DNA of 64,000 nt from Candidatus Omnitrophota bacterium. GTDB taxonomy: Bacteria > Omnitrophota > Gorgyraeia > 2-01-FULL-45-10. The stretch is from contig JAPLME010000006.1 of NCBI GenBank assembly GCA_026387175.1, positions 44,078-108,077 of the forward strand. The letters run 5' to 3'. Position numbers and translations under genes: made by a program. This document shows positions 33,846 to 43,492 of the stretch, in pieces (position 1 is the stretch's first letter; the number at the start of each line of letters is the position of its first letter). Below the pieces are notes generated by a model, which was not told the DNA's origin, made no database searches, and saw only the letters and a list, made by a program, of their open reading frames with translations.

Positions 33846-34211
33846 TTACCTTACTCTCTTCATAGTGTATGATTTCGCATCTATAACAAAATCCGGATCG
33901 GCACTCCTGAGGCGAGGATAGAGATAATAGACCGCTCTCCTCGATTCCATGTCGCCCTCTTCTAGGCCTTCGATCTTATATGTGCTATTTTCAGGCATCT
34001 TCGATTTGCAGTAGACTAAAAATTCGTATAGCTTGTCACCAGTAACGTAAGCATGTTTACCCTCGAGGGTCCTCGTTAAGAGAGCCTTGTAGTCATTGAT
34101 ATTCTTCTTCACGAATAGCTCTCTCGCAAAAAAGCCTATCCAGAGTGCAACCCAGGCGGCGAAAAACGCTTTTAAGATTGCTTCGGTCACTTCGTTCCCT
34201 CGCAATGACAT
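33846..34211 (-). CDS. Hypothetical small protein with one N-terminal TM helix
   Basis: 121 aa ORF immediately downstream of radical SAM gene 1. No family recognised. Confidence 0.4.
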   Translation of the reverse strand: MSLRGNEVTEAILKAFFAAWVALWIGFFARELFVKKNINDYKALLTRTLEGKHAYVTGDKLYEFLVYCKSKMPENSTYKIEGLEEGDMESRRAVYYLYPRLRSADPDFVIDAKSYTMKRVR

Positions 34212-35593
34212 TAACTTGCCACTATCCAGCGCACAAAGCGCCGGGCTAAAAATCCGAAATGTTTTACCGACTGTATCGACTTCAGCTGGTACAGTATGAT
34301 ATGCGACCTCAAATAAAATTTAGCGAAGGCCAGGCGGTGCAGGCTCTTCAGCTCTTTTCTTGTTATTCCACGAGGCACGTAAGCGGCATTTGTAAAATAA
34401 AACCGTTCCCAGTCCACATCCTTTAATTCTCCGCTCGCCAATAGCTTTTCATAGCTCTCCGTTCCGGGAAACGGCAGATATGTGAAAAAGTTGGCCCTCT
34501 TGAGCGGAAGCTCCACGGCGAAATCTATGGTCTGTTTGATAGTCGCCACTGTCTCGTCGGGAAATCCCAGTATGAAGAAGCCCGCTATATCTATGCCCGC
34601 CCTGTCGATCCTGTTAACGCATTCCCTTATCTTGGCCACGGTGATATTTTTTTTCATGGCTCTTAGTACTTCATCCGAGCCGGACTCGATCCCAAGCGAT
34701 ATCATGTATAGCCCCGTCTCTTTCATCAGGGCCAGAAGCTCATCATCGAGCGCGTCCATCCTGACGCCGTTAGGGACGGCCCATGTCATGCCCAGATCCA
34801 GCTCCTTCAGCTTCCGTAAAAGATCCTTCGCATACTCTTTATCCATCGTAAAATTGTCGTCGATTATATGGAATTCCTTTATTCCGAAATCTTTATTGAG
34901 CATCTTTATCTCGCCCAGAACGTTATCGATGGACCTGCGACGTATCTTCCTTCCGGAGACTATCTTGCCGGCGCAAAATGTGCAGGAATAGGGGCAGCCT
35001 CTCGTAACCATGATGGGCGCTATCGGAAACTGCTTAAAGAAAGCGCCATGCTGCGACTCCGGATACTCCTGTGGCTTTATAAGATCCCAGGCCGGAAGCC
35101 CAAGGCTATCCAGGTCATCCACGATTATCTTAGGATTTATCTTTATAGCGCCGCCTTCCCTGAATCCGAGGCCCGGTATTCCGGAGAAATCCTTTGGCCC
35201 CTTCTCGACCGCGTTCACAAGCTGAGGGAATCCTTTCTCCGCCTCGCCGACAAATAGAAAATCGAGGTCCTTCTCGGCCTTGAGCGTTGCCTCCGGCAGG
35301 GCCGAAGAGTGCGGCCCACCTATTACGGTCACGATATCTTTATTGAGGTTTTTTGCCGCGCGGAGCGCCAGCCTTATGAACGGAAGGTCGAACGTATAAC
35401 ATTGCAGCCCGAGGATATCCGGGTTATGCTCTTTAAGGATAGGCACAAATTTATCGATCGTGAGATTATCCTTGATGCAGTCCAGGAGCATTACATCATG
35501 CTCTTTCCTGATCGCGCTCGCCAGGTATCCCAGGCCGAGAGACGGCTGGATATGATCGCTCTGATTATAAGGCTTAACCAGAAGTACTTTCAT
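34211..35593 (-). CDS. Cobalamin-binding (class B) radical SAM enzyme, paralog 1
   Basis: N-terminal B12-binding Rossmann-like domain (VLLVKP...LGLGYLAS...GGPH) followed by the radical SAM CxxxCxxC motif (RGCPYSCTFC). Start set at MKVLLVKP; the ORF opens at 35710. Confidence 0.8.
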   Translation of the reverse strand: MKVLLVKPYNQSDHIQPSLGLGYLASAIRKEHDVMLLDCIKDNLTIDKFVPILKEHNPDILGLQCYTFDLPFIRLALRAAKNLNKDIVTVIGGPHSSALPEATLKAEKDLDFLFVGEAEKGFPQLVNAVEKGPKDFSGIPGLGFREGGAIKINPKIIVDDLDSLGLPAWDLIKPQEYPESQHGAFFKQFPIAPIMVTRGCPYSCTFCAGKIVSGRKIRRRSIDNVLGEIKMLNKDFGIKEFHIIDDNFTMDKEYAKDLLRKLKELDLGMTWAVPNGVRMDALDDELLALMKETGLYMISLGIESGSDEVLRAMKKNITVAKIRECVNRIDRAGIDIAGFFILGFPDETVATIKQTIDFAVELPLKRANFFTYLPFPGTESYEKLLASGELKDVDWERFYFTNAAYVPRGITRKELKSLHRLAFAKFYLRSHIILYQLKSIQSVKHFGFLARRFVRWIVAS

Positions 35594-35597
35594 GAGC

Positions 35598-36296
35598 TCA
35601 GTTAACAAACCTGTATTTAATGATCGCCCAGAGCGCGCCGAAACCGTGTTTCCAGGATATCTTCTTCCCTTCGGCATAACTTCTGCCGTAATAGGATATC
35701 GGCATCTCATAAATCCTCAAGGACTTATCCTTCAGGATCTTCGCGGTAAGCTCGGGCTCGACCGAAAAATCGTTCGACTTTATATCTATACCATCTATGA
35801 CCTTCTTTCGGAACATCTTATAGCACGTCTCGATATCTGATAATGTGGAGTTATATAAGAAGTTCATCATGAACGTAAGGAAGCTGTTCCCTATCTTGTG
35901 CCAGAACATATGCACACGCTGCGGCTTGCCGCCCGACAGCCTGGAGCCGTAGACAACATCGGCCATACCATCCTCTATCGGAGCAGCCATCTCCACAAAC
36001 TCGTTCGGATCGTACTCGAGGTCCGCATCCTGCACGGTGACTATCTCGCCTGTAGCAGCCTTAAAGCCCGTCCGCAATGCCGCGCCTTTGCCGCTATTCT
36101 TTTCATGGAGCACTACTTTCACTCTGGGATCAGCTGCGACTTTCGCCAGGACATCTCTCGTGCCGTCCGTGGACCCGTCATCGACTATTATCAGCTCTTT
36201 CACCATGTCGAGCTTCAACACTTTATCCATTATCTTCGTGACCGTATTCTTTTCGTTATAGACGGGCATCACGACCGACAGGATCTTCTCTCGCAT
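35598..36296 (-). CDS. GT2 glycosyltransferase, DPM1/ArnC-like (polyprenyl-phosphate sugar synthase type)
   Basis: 232 aa soluble GT2: VVMPVYNE...IIVDDGSTDGT...DADL (DXD). Confidence 0.7.
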   Translation of the reverse strand: MREKILSVVMPVYNEKNTVTKIMDKVLKLDMVKELIIVDDGSTDGTRDVLAKVAADPRVKVVLHEKNSGKGAALRTGFKAATGEIVTVQDADLEYDPNEFVEMAAPIEDGMADVVYGSRLSGGKPQRVHMFWHKIGNSFLTFMMNFLYNSTLSDIETCYKMFRKKVIDGIDIKSNDFSVEPELTAKILKDKSLRIYEMPISYYGRSYAEGKKISWKHGFGALWAIIKYRFVN

Positions 36297-36313
36297 AATT
36301 CACGTCCTTTTAA

Positions 36314-37387
36314 TTAAAATACTTTCGATTTCCGCTCTAAAAGCGTTAACAGGCTCTCCTTATCCGGGCCGACGATAACGTCCGCGCCGTGCAGGCTCTT
36401 TGTGATATTCAACAGCCTTCCGAAGGATCTATTATCCGTCAACAGGACCTCAACTTTCTTCTTCTTTTTACGCTTCAGTATCTTGTATATCGACGCAACG
36501 CCGAACAGCAAGGGGTTGACATCCACCCGCCTTATATCAAAATGATCGATGGTTACGGGCCAATTCAACCCTTTCTTCAGGAATATCATGATCTGATGCC
36601 CATGTCTCGCCACGCTTGTAGCGATCTCATCGGCCTTCTCATTGGACAACGGCCCGTCTATGAAATATCCTACCCTCACATGCCTTCCCCACCGCTCAAA
36701 AAATATTTTCTCGTTATCACTGAAGAGGTCTTTGTTATTCTTCAAAGTCCTGAAGCTCACATTTTCCTTATGATATACGTACGCCGCCTTGGCGCGTGCC
36801 GTCTTATAACCGAGTGCCTGCGCTCTCTTGCAGTAATCCGTATCGTCAAAGTATCCGACATGGTAGATCTCGTCGAGGAGGCCGACGCGCTTGATCGCTT
36901 CTTTGGTGACCAGCATGCAGAAACCGCGGCATGTGTAGAGTTCCTGTATCTGTCCTTTGAACCCCTTCAAGGTGAGAGCATACTCATCTATCGACCTTTC
37001 TCCCGGGAACTGCCCGGACGTATTACTCGACGGGTTCAATAGTCCGATGGACGGGTTCGCCTCAATAACGTCCACCATCTCTTCGAGCCAGCCGGATGCG
37101 GCGATCGTATCGTTATTCATGATGCACAGGTAAGGCGCGTCCGAAACGACCACGCCCTGGTTCACCGCCTTTACGAATCCTAGGTTCTTATCGTTCCGTA
37201 TCAATAGAAGGTCCAGGCCCTTATTCTCTTTAAGGCCCGAGAGATAGCTTTCGGTCGGGGCCTCGCTTCCGTTATCGATGACTATGAGCCTGTAAGGATA
37301 ATTCGTATTCTTCAATATCGAATCTATGCACTCGCGCGTCACTTCGAGCTGATTCCAGACGGGAATTATAATATCGCACTTACTCAT
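36314..37387 (-). CDS. GT2 glycosyltransferase (paralog family A, member 1)
   Basis: MSKCDIIIPVWNQL...IVIDNGS...MNNDT. Paralogous to 38933-39946, 39943-40992 and 40982-42139. Confidence 0.75.
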   Translation of the reverse strand: MSKCDIIIPVWNQLEVTRECIDSILKNTNYPYRLIVIDNGSEAPTESYLSGLKENKGLDLLLIRNDKNLGFVKAVNQGVVVSDAPYLCIMNNDTIAASGWLEEMVDVIEANPSIGLLNPSSNTSGQFPGERSIDEYALTLKGFKGQIQELYTCRGFCMLVTKEAIKRVGLLDEIYHVGYFDDTDYCKRAQALGYKTARAKAAYVYHKENVSFRTLKNNKDLFSDNEKIFFERWGRHVRVGYFIDGPLSNEKADEIATSVARHGHQIMIFLKKGLNWPVTIDHFDIRRVDVNPLLFGVASIYKILKRKKKKKVEVLLTDNRSFGRLLNITKSLHGADVIVGPDKESLLTLLERKSKVF

Positions 37388-38147
37388 CTTTCTTCACAAG
37401 CTCCCAGTACTTCGCCCATTTTAAAAAATTGATGAACGCGAACAGGATCCCGAAGATAAGCCCGTAAATGCCTTCTTTATACCCCTGTTTCTTCACATAA
37501 GACTTCCAGAATATTTTGAATGTCTTGTTCACAAGGGCCTTCTTTATCAGGCGCTCGCTTAATATGCCTTCAGTTTCGAGCATCTTTTTGGCCGCGATAC
37601 CGGCATACCTGTTCTGCCTTTGAACAAATTGATCGATCGAATCGAATGGATAATGATTTACATCAGCGTCGATCACGCCCATAGCGCCTTCATATACCGG
37701 CACCTCATGAACTTCACCTTTGTACTTAACATGTTTCCTATTAACCAGGTTGGGTATGTAATGATGGAACCCGCCATGGTCCATCGAGTGGCCTAAGAAG
37801 AAGTTTCTCCTCCTGAATTTATAAATTACTACATCTTCGTTTCCGGAGAGTGCCTTCTCCAGCTTCTTCCTGAAACTATCCGTAACGACGTCATCGGCGT
37901 CTATATGGAGAACCCAATCGTGCTTCGCATTATCGTTGCCTACATTCCGCTCATCGGCGAATGATCCGGAAAATTTATGATCGACTACGCGAGCGCCTAG
38001 CGACTTCGCTATCTCAATGGTCTTGTCCGTGCTGAAACCGTCAACCACGACTATATCATCCGCCCAGATGACGTTCTCAAGGCACTTGGCAATACGCTTC
38101 TCTTCGTTCTTAGTGATAATCGCTACAGTGATCTTAATCTTTTCCAT
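37380..38147 (-). CDS. GT2 glycosyltransferase (paralog family B, member 1; core-type WaaE/KdtX-like)
   Basis: VAIITKNEE...VVDGFSTD...DADD. Start set at MEKIKITV; the ORF opens at 38180. Confidence 0.7.
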   Translation of the reverse strand: MEKIKITVAIITKNEEKRIAKCLENVIWADDIVVVDGFSTDKTIEIAKSLGARVVDHKFSGSFADERNVGNDNAKHDWVLHIDADDVVTDSFRKKLEKALSGNEDVVIYKFRRRNFFLGHSMDHGGFHHYIPNLVNRKHVKYKGEVHEVPVYEGAMGVIDADVNHYPFDSIDQFVQRQNRYAGIAAKKMLETEGILSERLIKKALVNKTFKIFWKSYVKKQGYKEGIYGLIFGILFAFINFLKWAKYWELVKKDE

Positions 38148-38931
38148 GACAGCAGCAGCAACTCTCCTTCTTAGGTTCATTGTCGAGCATCTCTTTATAC
38201 TTCACGTAACTCATAAATTGATATAGCGCGCCCGCCCACGAAATAGTAAATCCCAGGAGGCCGTCTTTGAACCCGCCCTTCTGTACATACCCTTTCAGAA
38301 ATCGCGAGAGGCCTTTGCGGTACATCTTTATAAAATTAATATTACGGCGCTCCTTATACCACTTCTTTGCCTCGAGCGTTGTCTGGTTATTTATGCTTAC
38401 AAAGAAATCATGAAAATCCCTGTAAGAATAATGAATGATATCCTTCTTGAGATGGCCGCACGTGCCGTCGATAAATACCCTTGGGTGGACCTCCGCTTCC
38501 TCATATTTGAAGAAACGCTTATCGAAGAGCCTGACCTTCGCGGCAGGATACCAGCCGCTATGCCTTATCCACCTCTTACCCAGATATGACTTAATGGGTA
38601 TGGTATAGGCCTTATCTTTCATCTCGCCTTTCAATAGATTCGTAATCTCTTCGGCGAGCTCCGGAGTAACGCGCTCGTCCGCGTCCAGGCTGAGCACCCA
38701 ATTGTTCTTCGCGAGCGAGTAGGCGTAATTCCTGTGTTTGCCCTCTATGTCCATCTTACGGCTGAACACTTTGTCCGTAAACCCTTTGGCTATCTTCACG
38801 GTATCATCAGTGCTGGCATCGTCGAGGATTATGATCTCATCCGCCCATGACGCGCTCTCGAGACAGGCCGCTATGTTATCCTCTTCATTCTTCGTGATCA
38901 CTACAATTGAGACAGGCGCTTTACCGGGCAT
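38134..38931 (-). CDS. GT2 glycosyltransferase (paralog family B, member 2)
   Basis: VSIVVITKNEE...ILDDASTD...DADE. Paralog of 37380-38147. Confidence 0.7.
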   Translation of the reverse strand: MPGKAPVSIVVITKNEEDNIAACLESASWADEIIILDDASTDDTVKIAKGFTDKVFSRKMDIEGKHRNYAYSLAKNNWVLSLDADERVTPELAEEITNLLKGEMKDKAYTIPIKSYLGKRWIRHSGWYPAAKVRLFDKRFFKYEEAEVHPRVFIDGTCGHLKKDIIHYSYRDFHDFFVSINNQTTLEAKKWYKERRNINFIKMYRKGLSRFLKGYVQKGGFKDGLLGFTISWAGALYQFMSYVKYKEMLDNEPKKESCCCCHGKD

Positions 38932-38932
38932 C

Positions 38933-39946
38933 TTAATAGTACCTCACTTTCGCTTTATGGATAAATGAAAGGGCATCTAAAAACTTCCAGAATTTCTGGC
39001 CTCCTACGAATATCTCGCTGAAACGCTTCTTCTTCGTCAGTATCTTGAACGCCGTATTCATATAAAAATTATTCTTATCCGCCGTCACCATAGTTATATT
39101 GGAATGGACGGGCATCTTCACTTCGTCTTTAGCGAAGAACCATACCCAGTTACCGTCCCTGGCAAGCTTGATGGAATCCATCTCCAGCCTCTTCAGGATA
39201 TTGACGTCGTAAAGGTCGAGAATATAAGCGATCCTTTTGGGCTTGCCCCACCTGAACTCGAATATCTCTTTATTCCTGTTAAAATCTTCATCAAACGTCT
39301 TCACCTTTCCAAAGGAAGAGCTCTCCCTGTGATATACATATGCGCCGCATGCCCTGACGCACCTGTATCCTTCTTTGACGGCTTTACGCGAGAAGTCTGT
39401 ATCCTCGAAATTGCCCATCCCGTATATCTCGTCAAAGAGTCCTATCTTTCTTATTAACTCGCGTTTGATCAGCATGCAGAACCCTATCGCCGCGCCGAGT
39501 TCCACAGATCGGCCGGAAAGCCGCCTGATCTTTTCGGCATAGAGGTCCACCGGTTCCCCATCCGCCGGCTTCTGGCCCAGATTATTGCTCGACGGATTCA
39601 CTATCCCTATATCGGCCGAACTGTCGGCGACAGCTATCATCTCCTTTAGCCAGTCTTTTGTAACGATCGTATCGTTATTCAGAAGGCAGAGGAATGGGGC
39701 CTCCGAAGCGGTCATGCCCTGGTTAACGGCCCTCACAAAACCTAAATTTTCACTATTCCTGATCAGTCTAAGCGGCAGCTCGCCGGATGCCTTGAGGCCT
39801 TCGAGATAATTTACGGTCTCCTCGCCGCTTGCGTTATCTATTACAATGAGCCCGTATTCACCGGGCGTATTCTTCCTGATCGAATCTATGCAATCTTTCG
39901 TAAAAGAGAGCTGATTCCAGACCGGTATTATTATATCACACTTCAT
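38933..39946 (-). CDS. GT2 glycosyltransferase (paralog family A, member 2)
   Basis: MKCDIIIPVWNQLSFTKDCIDSI...IVIDNASGEET...LNNDT. Confidence 0.75.
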   Translation of the reverse strand: MKCDIIIPVWNQLSFTKDCIDSIRKNTPGEYGLIVIDNASGEETVNYLEGLKASGELPLRLIRNSENLGFVRAVNQGMTASEAPFLCLLNNDTIVTKDWLKEMIAVADSSADIGIVNPSSNNLGQKPADGEPVDLYAEKIRRLSGRSVELGAAIGFCMLIKRELIRKIGLFDEIYGMGNFEDTDFSRKAVKEGYRCVRACGAYVYHRESSSFGKVKTFDEDFNRNKEIFEFRWGKPKRIAYILDLYDVNILKRLEMDSIKLARDGNWVWFFAKDEVKMPVHSNITMVTADKNNFYMNTAFKILTKKKRFSEIFVGGQKFWKFLDALSFIHKAKVRYY

Positions 39947-40992
39947 CTCGTATCCTTAGCCGCCGAATCGGCTATTTGGCAGACTCTATCCGCCCCTCTT
40001 TCGACATCGACGCAATGCACCGCCGGGCAGTCTCCGGATAATTTCATGGCGACTCCGGGGTTGTCGACGAACACCAGGTTATAGCGCTTAGCCTCTTTTT
40101 TAATAGAATTTATAAATAAGGTAAGCGATAATAACGCTCCCGGAAAGATTTTCGGGAAGATCCTCTCCCTTATATTTATGTGCCGTATTCCCAGAGGTTC
40201 GGCCAAATTCCATAAATAGACTATGTGCTGCCGTCTTGCAAGAAGGAGAAGCACATCTTTAAGGCGCTCCTTGTCCAAAGTTTTCGTAACTATAAAGACT
40301 ATCCTGAGCCTCCTGCCCCATTTCGAATAAAATAACTGTTTATTCTTTTCGTGAAGCTCCCGCCGGGCTTTGTCTTTAAAAACGGTTGAAAATGTAGAAT
40401 CCCTAATGTGCTCGACCACTATGTCATTGGCGCGAATACACCGAAAATTAGCGCGTATAGCTCTGACCGAGAAATCGTCATCATCATAATATCCCAGGCC
40501 GTATGCCTCATCCAGGCCGCCTATCTTGTCGATGACCGCCCTCTTTATCAGAACGCAGTAGCCCCTGCAAAAATCTATCTCGATATAAGGATATCTTTCC
40601 GCAATAGCGGCGTTCTTGGTCTCAAAACGCGGGTTCACGAGCCCGGCGCCGGGGTTCGCTTCGACGGCCGCTATCAACTTATAGAGCCATCCGGGCGTTC
40701 TCACGACCGTATCATTGTTCATAATGCAGATATAAGGGCCCGACGACATATTTATTCCCTGGTTGACGGCCTTTACCCATCCGAGGTTTGTCCCGTTCCG
40801 TATAAGCACGGAATTTCTATTCGTCCTGACAAACTCTTCCAGACACTTTCTTGTCTCTTCGCCGCTCGCGTTATCGATCAGTATCAAATGATACGGCGTA
40901 TCGGAATTATTGACGATGCTCTCCAGACAGTTCTTTGTAAGCGCGGCCTCGTTGAATACCGGTATTATGATGTCGACCGTCCTATCTGCCAT
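39943..40992 (-). CDS. GT2 glycosyltransferase (paralog family A, member 3)
   Basis: VDIIIPVFNE...ILIDNASGEET...MNNDT. 4-nt overlap with the downstream paralog. Confidence 0.75.
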   Translation of the reverse strand: MADRTVDIIIPVFNEAALTKNCLESIVNNSDTPYHLILIDNASGEETRKCLEEFVRTNRNSVLIRNGTNLGWVKAVNQGINMSSGPYICIMNNDTVVRTPGWLYKLIAAVEANPGAGLVNPRFETKNAAIAERYPYIEIDFCRGYCVLIKRAVIDKIGGLDEAYGLGYYDDDDFSVRAIRANFRCIRANDIVVEHIRDSTFSTVFKDKARRELHEKNKQLFYSKWGRRLRIVFIVTKTLDKERLKDVLLLLARRQHIVYLWNLAEPLGIRHINIRERIFPKIFPGALLSLTLFINSIKKEAKRYNLVFVDNPGVAMKLSGDCPAVHCVDVERGADRVCQIADSAAKDTR

Positions 40993-42139
40993 CGCGTGTC
41001 TCTTTTACAGCCAAAGCGGTTTTTCGGCCTTCTTCCAGCCAATCGCACGCGCGTTTCAGCGAAGGCGGTTTTATTACAGACGATCCGGTCATTTTTGCTA
41101 TAGGATAAACAAGCCCGCCAGCCTTATCTTCGAAGGAGACTATAGCATCGAATCTCTTATCCTTCATACGTTTACGCAACCTCTCGATCATTTTCCCTGA
41201 GATTGTGAGATCGAATAATAACCGGGGGAGATTAAAATAGTCTATCCTTATATTCTGGTGCGGCGCAAGGCTCTTTTCCCTCATCGTCCCTTCTATTAAT
41301 TTTCTTATCGCGTCTTCGCCTTGCGCGGAATTGATCCATAGATGGACCCAGGACCATTCCCTGGCGAGGCCGTAGACATACTCTGTCAGCCCTGATATCT
41401 CGGCGCGATCGAGCGTATTGAGCGAGGATAAGACGCCTATGCGGAGATGCTTCCCCCACTTATCGTAATAAATCTTTTGGTTTCTCTTCACCCACTCTTC
41501 CCTGTTACCGGCCTTATCGAAGGAGGCATGAATGCGGTGGTAGACATAGGAGTCACGTATGGAGACAGACCTGTATCCCGCCTTATGGGCCCTTATCGAG
41601 TAATCTGTATCATCGTAGCCGCCTATGCCGAAAGCCTCATCCAGAACGCCTATCTTATCTATCAGCTCCCTTTTCACGAGCATACAGAAGCCCTGGCACT
41701 GGTTCATCTCCATATACTCGCCCTTATAGCGCTCGAGCGTCCGCGCATAAGCGTCGACTGAAGCATCGCTATGGCCGCCGCACTGGGGGTTTATAAGACC
41801 GACATCGGGATGGGTCTCGGCAAACTCCACCATACTCTCTAACCATCCGGGAGCCGGGATCGTATCATTGTTCATCATGCAAACGTAAGGAGCGCTGGAG
41901 ATCTTAAGTCCCTGGTTAACCGCCTTTATATATCCGGCGTTCCCCTTATTTCGTATAAGCACCGTCTTATCCGGGTTATCAGAGGCAAACTTGCGCAGGT
42001 ACTCTTCCGTATCTTTCTCGCTTGCGTTATCGATAAGAATAAGCCTGTAAGGATAGCGGGTATTTCGTAAGATATGCTCCAGGCAATCTTTGGTGAAAGA
42101 TAACTGGTTCCAGACAGGGATGATTATGTCGCACTTCAT
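40982..42139 (-). CDS. GT2 glycosyltransferase (paralog family A, member 4)
   Basis: MKCDIIIPVWNQLSFTKDCLEHI...ILIDNASEKDT...MNNDT. Confidence 0.75.
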   Translation of the reverse strand: MKCDIIIPVWNQLSFTKDCLEHILRNTRYPYRLILIDNASEKDTEEYLRKFASDNPDKTVLIRNKGNAGYIKAVNQGLKISSAPYVCMMNNDTIPAPGWLESMVEFAETHPDVGLINPQCGGHSDASVDAYARTLERYKGEYMEMNQCQGFCMLVKRELIDKIGVLDEAFGIGGYDDTDYSIRAHKAGYRSVSIRDSYVYHRIHASFDKAGNREEWVKRNQKIYYDKWGKHLRIGVLSSLNTLDRAEISGLTEYVYGLAREWSWVHLWINSAQGEDAIRKLIEGTMREKSLAPHQNIRIDYFNLPRLLFDLTISGKMIERLRKRMKDKRFDAIVSFEDKAGGLVYPIAKMTGSSVIKPPSLKRACDWLEEGRKTALAVKETRDGR

Positions 42140-43488
42140 ACTGCCACCCCCAGCCTCTTCTTGAATTTTATAATGTGCTTCTTTAACTTCCGCTCCACCG
42201 TATGGTCGATCTTTCTCTTTATCTTAACCGATAGCGGCACTTTCTTTGATTCTTCAAGAACCCCTTTCAGGAAAACATAATCTATCCCCTTTATCTTTGG
42301 GCTGTCCGGGGAGCGGGAATAATCGTTATGGCTCTTTATGAGAGATATACCTTCTTCTTCGCAATATTTATACAGATCGCTGCCGGGATGCGGCGTGAAG
42401 AAAGCGGGGCTCGCCCTATAAGGCTTTATCTTTCGTATCATTTTAAGGGTATCAAGAGCCTCTCTCTTAGTCTCGGTCGGAATACCCAGCATATAATTCG
42501 CCCAGACGCGGACGCCGTATCTCTTACATATAGCCGCCGCCTTGTAATTCTGTTCGGTCTTTGTCCCCTTCCTTAAGAAATTCAACACCCTCTGGTTCCC
42601 GCTCTCGAATCCTATCAGGAACATTACGAGCCCTGAGCGGGCCATCCTCTTCACCATATCCTCGTTCCTGCATATTATATCGGCCCTGGACTGGCAGATG
42701 AATGGCCGGCCGAACCTGTTCTTTTTATACTCATCGCAGAAATCCATTACCCATTTTCTGTTTTCGGTAAGGCAATCGTCATGGATCATCAGGCTCTGAA
42801 AATTCGATCTTTCGCGCAAGAGCTTCAATTCATCCATAACGTTCTTTACGCTCCGCCTTCTGACCTTGGAGCCGAATATGATCCTCTCGGCTGGCTGGCA
42901 AAAACTGCAATTGTAGATACAGCCTCTGCCGGCTATTATCGTGACAAAAGGTATCCTGAGGAAATGGTCTATCGGCATTTCTCCGGCGGCGAATATCTCC
43001 CTGTCGGCGAAGGGAAGGCTGTCCAGGTCCGGCTTCACGCCTCTTATTATTCGATCGGCCGTCTTCCCTGACTCCAGGTCCTTGAGCAGTTCGACGAAGC
43101 TGATCTCTCCTTCGCCGAGCACTATATGGTCTATGCCGGGGTTCTCTTTAACTTCTTCAAGCGCAAGGTTCGGATGCGGTCCGCCAACTACCACTTTTAT
43201 ATTCCTATCTATCTCTTTTACTATAGCAATGGCCCGGGTAACCGTCTCATAGTCGACGCTCATCATCGTAAAGCCGACCACCTGAGGCATAGAGGCCTTA
43301 ACCTTCTCCTTAAATTCATCCCAGGACGCAAGCTGCCTCAAATCTATAAGGCTCACTTCGTGAGCGGCCTTCTTGACGGAACTGGATATCGAAGCCAGAC
43401 CATGATTTATCCATACAAGTTTAAACCTCTCTCCGGACCGGTTAAAACCCGTTTCGGCTATTCCCGCGAATACCAGCAATACCTTCAT
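42136..43488 (-). CDS. Cobalamin-binding (class B) radical SAM enzyme, paralog 2
   Basis: B12-binding N-domain (VLLVFAG...VVGGPH) plus GRGCIYNCSFC. Start set at MKVLLVF, 4 nt after the heptosyltransferase stop; the ORF opens at 43539. Confidence 0.8.
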   Translation of the reverse strand: MKVLLVFAGIAETGFNRSGERFKLVWINHGLASISSSVKKAAHEVSLIDLRQLASWDEFKEKVKASMPQVVGFTMMSVDYETVTRAIAIVKEIDRNIKVVVGGPHPNLALEEVKENPGIDHIVLGEGEISFVELLKDLESGKTADRIIRGVKPDLDSLPFADREIFAAGEMPIDHFLRIPFVTIIAGRGCIYNCSFCQPAERIIFGSKVRRRSVKNVMDELKLLRERSNFQSLMIHDDCLTENRKWVMDFCDEYKKNRFGRPFICQSRADIICRNEDMVKRMARSGLVMFLIGFESGNQRVLNFLRKGTKTEQNYKAAAICKRYGVRVWANYMLGIPTETKREALDTLKMIRKIKPYRASPAFFTPHPGSDLYKYCEEEGISLIKSHNDYSRSPDSPKIKGIDYVFLKGVLEESKKVPLSVKIKRKIDHTVERKLKKHIIKFKKRLGVAV

Positions 43489-43492
43489 AGGA

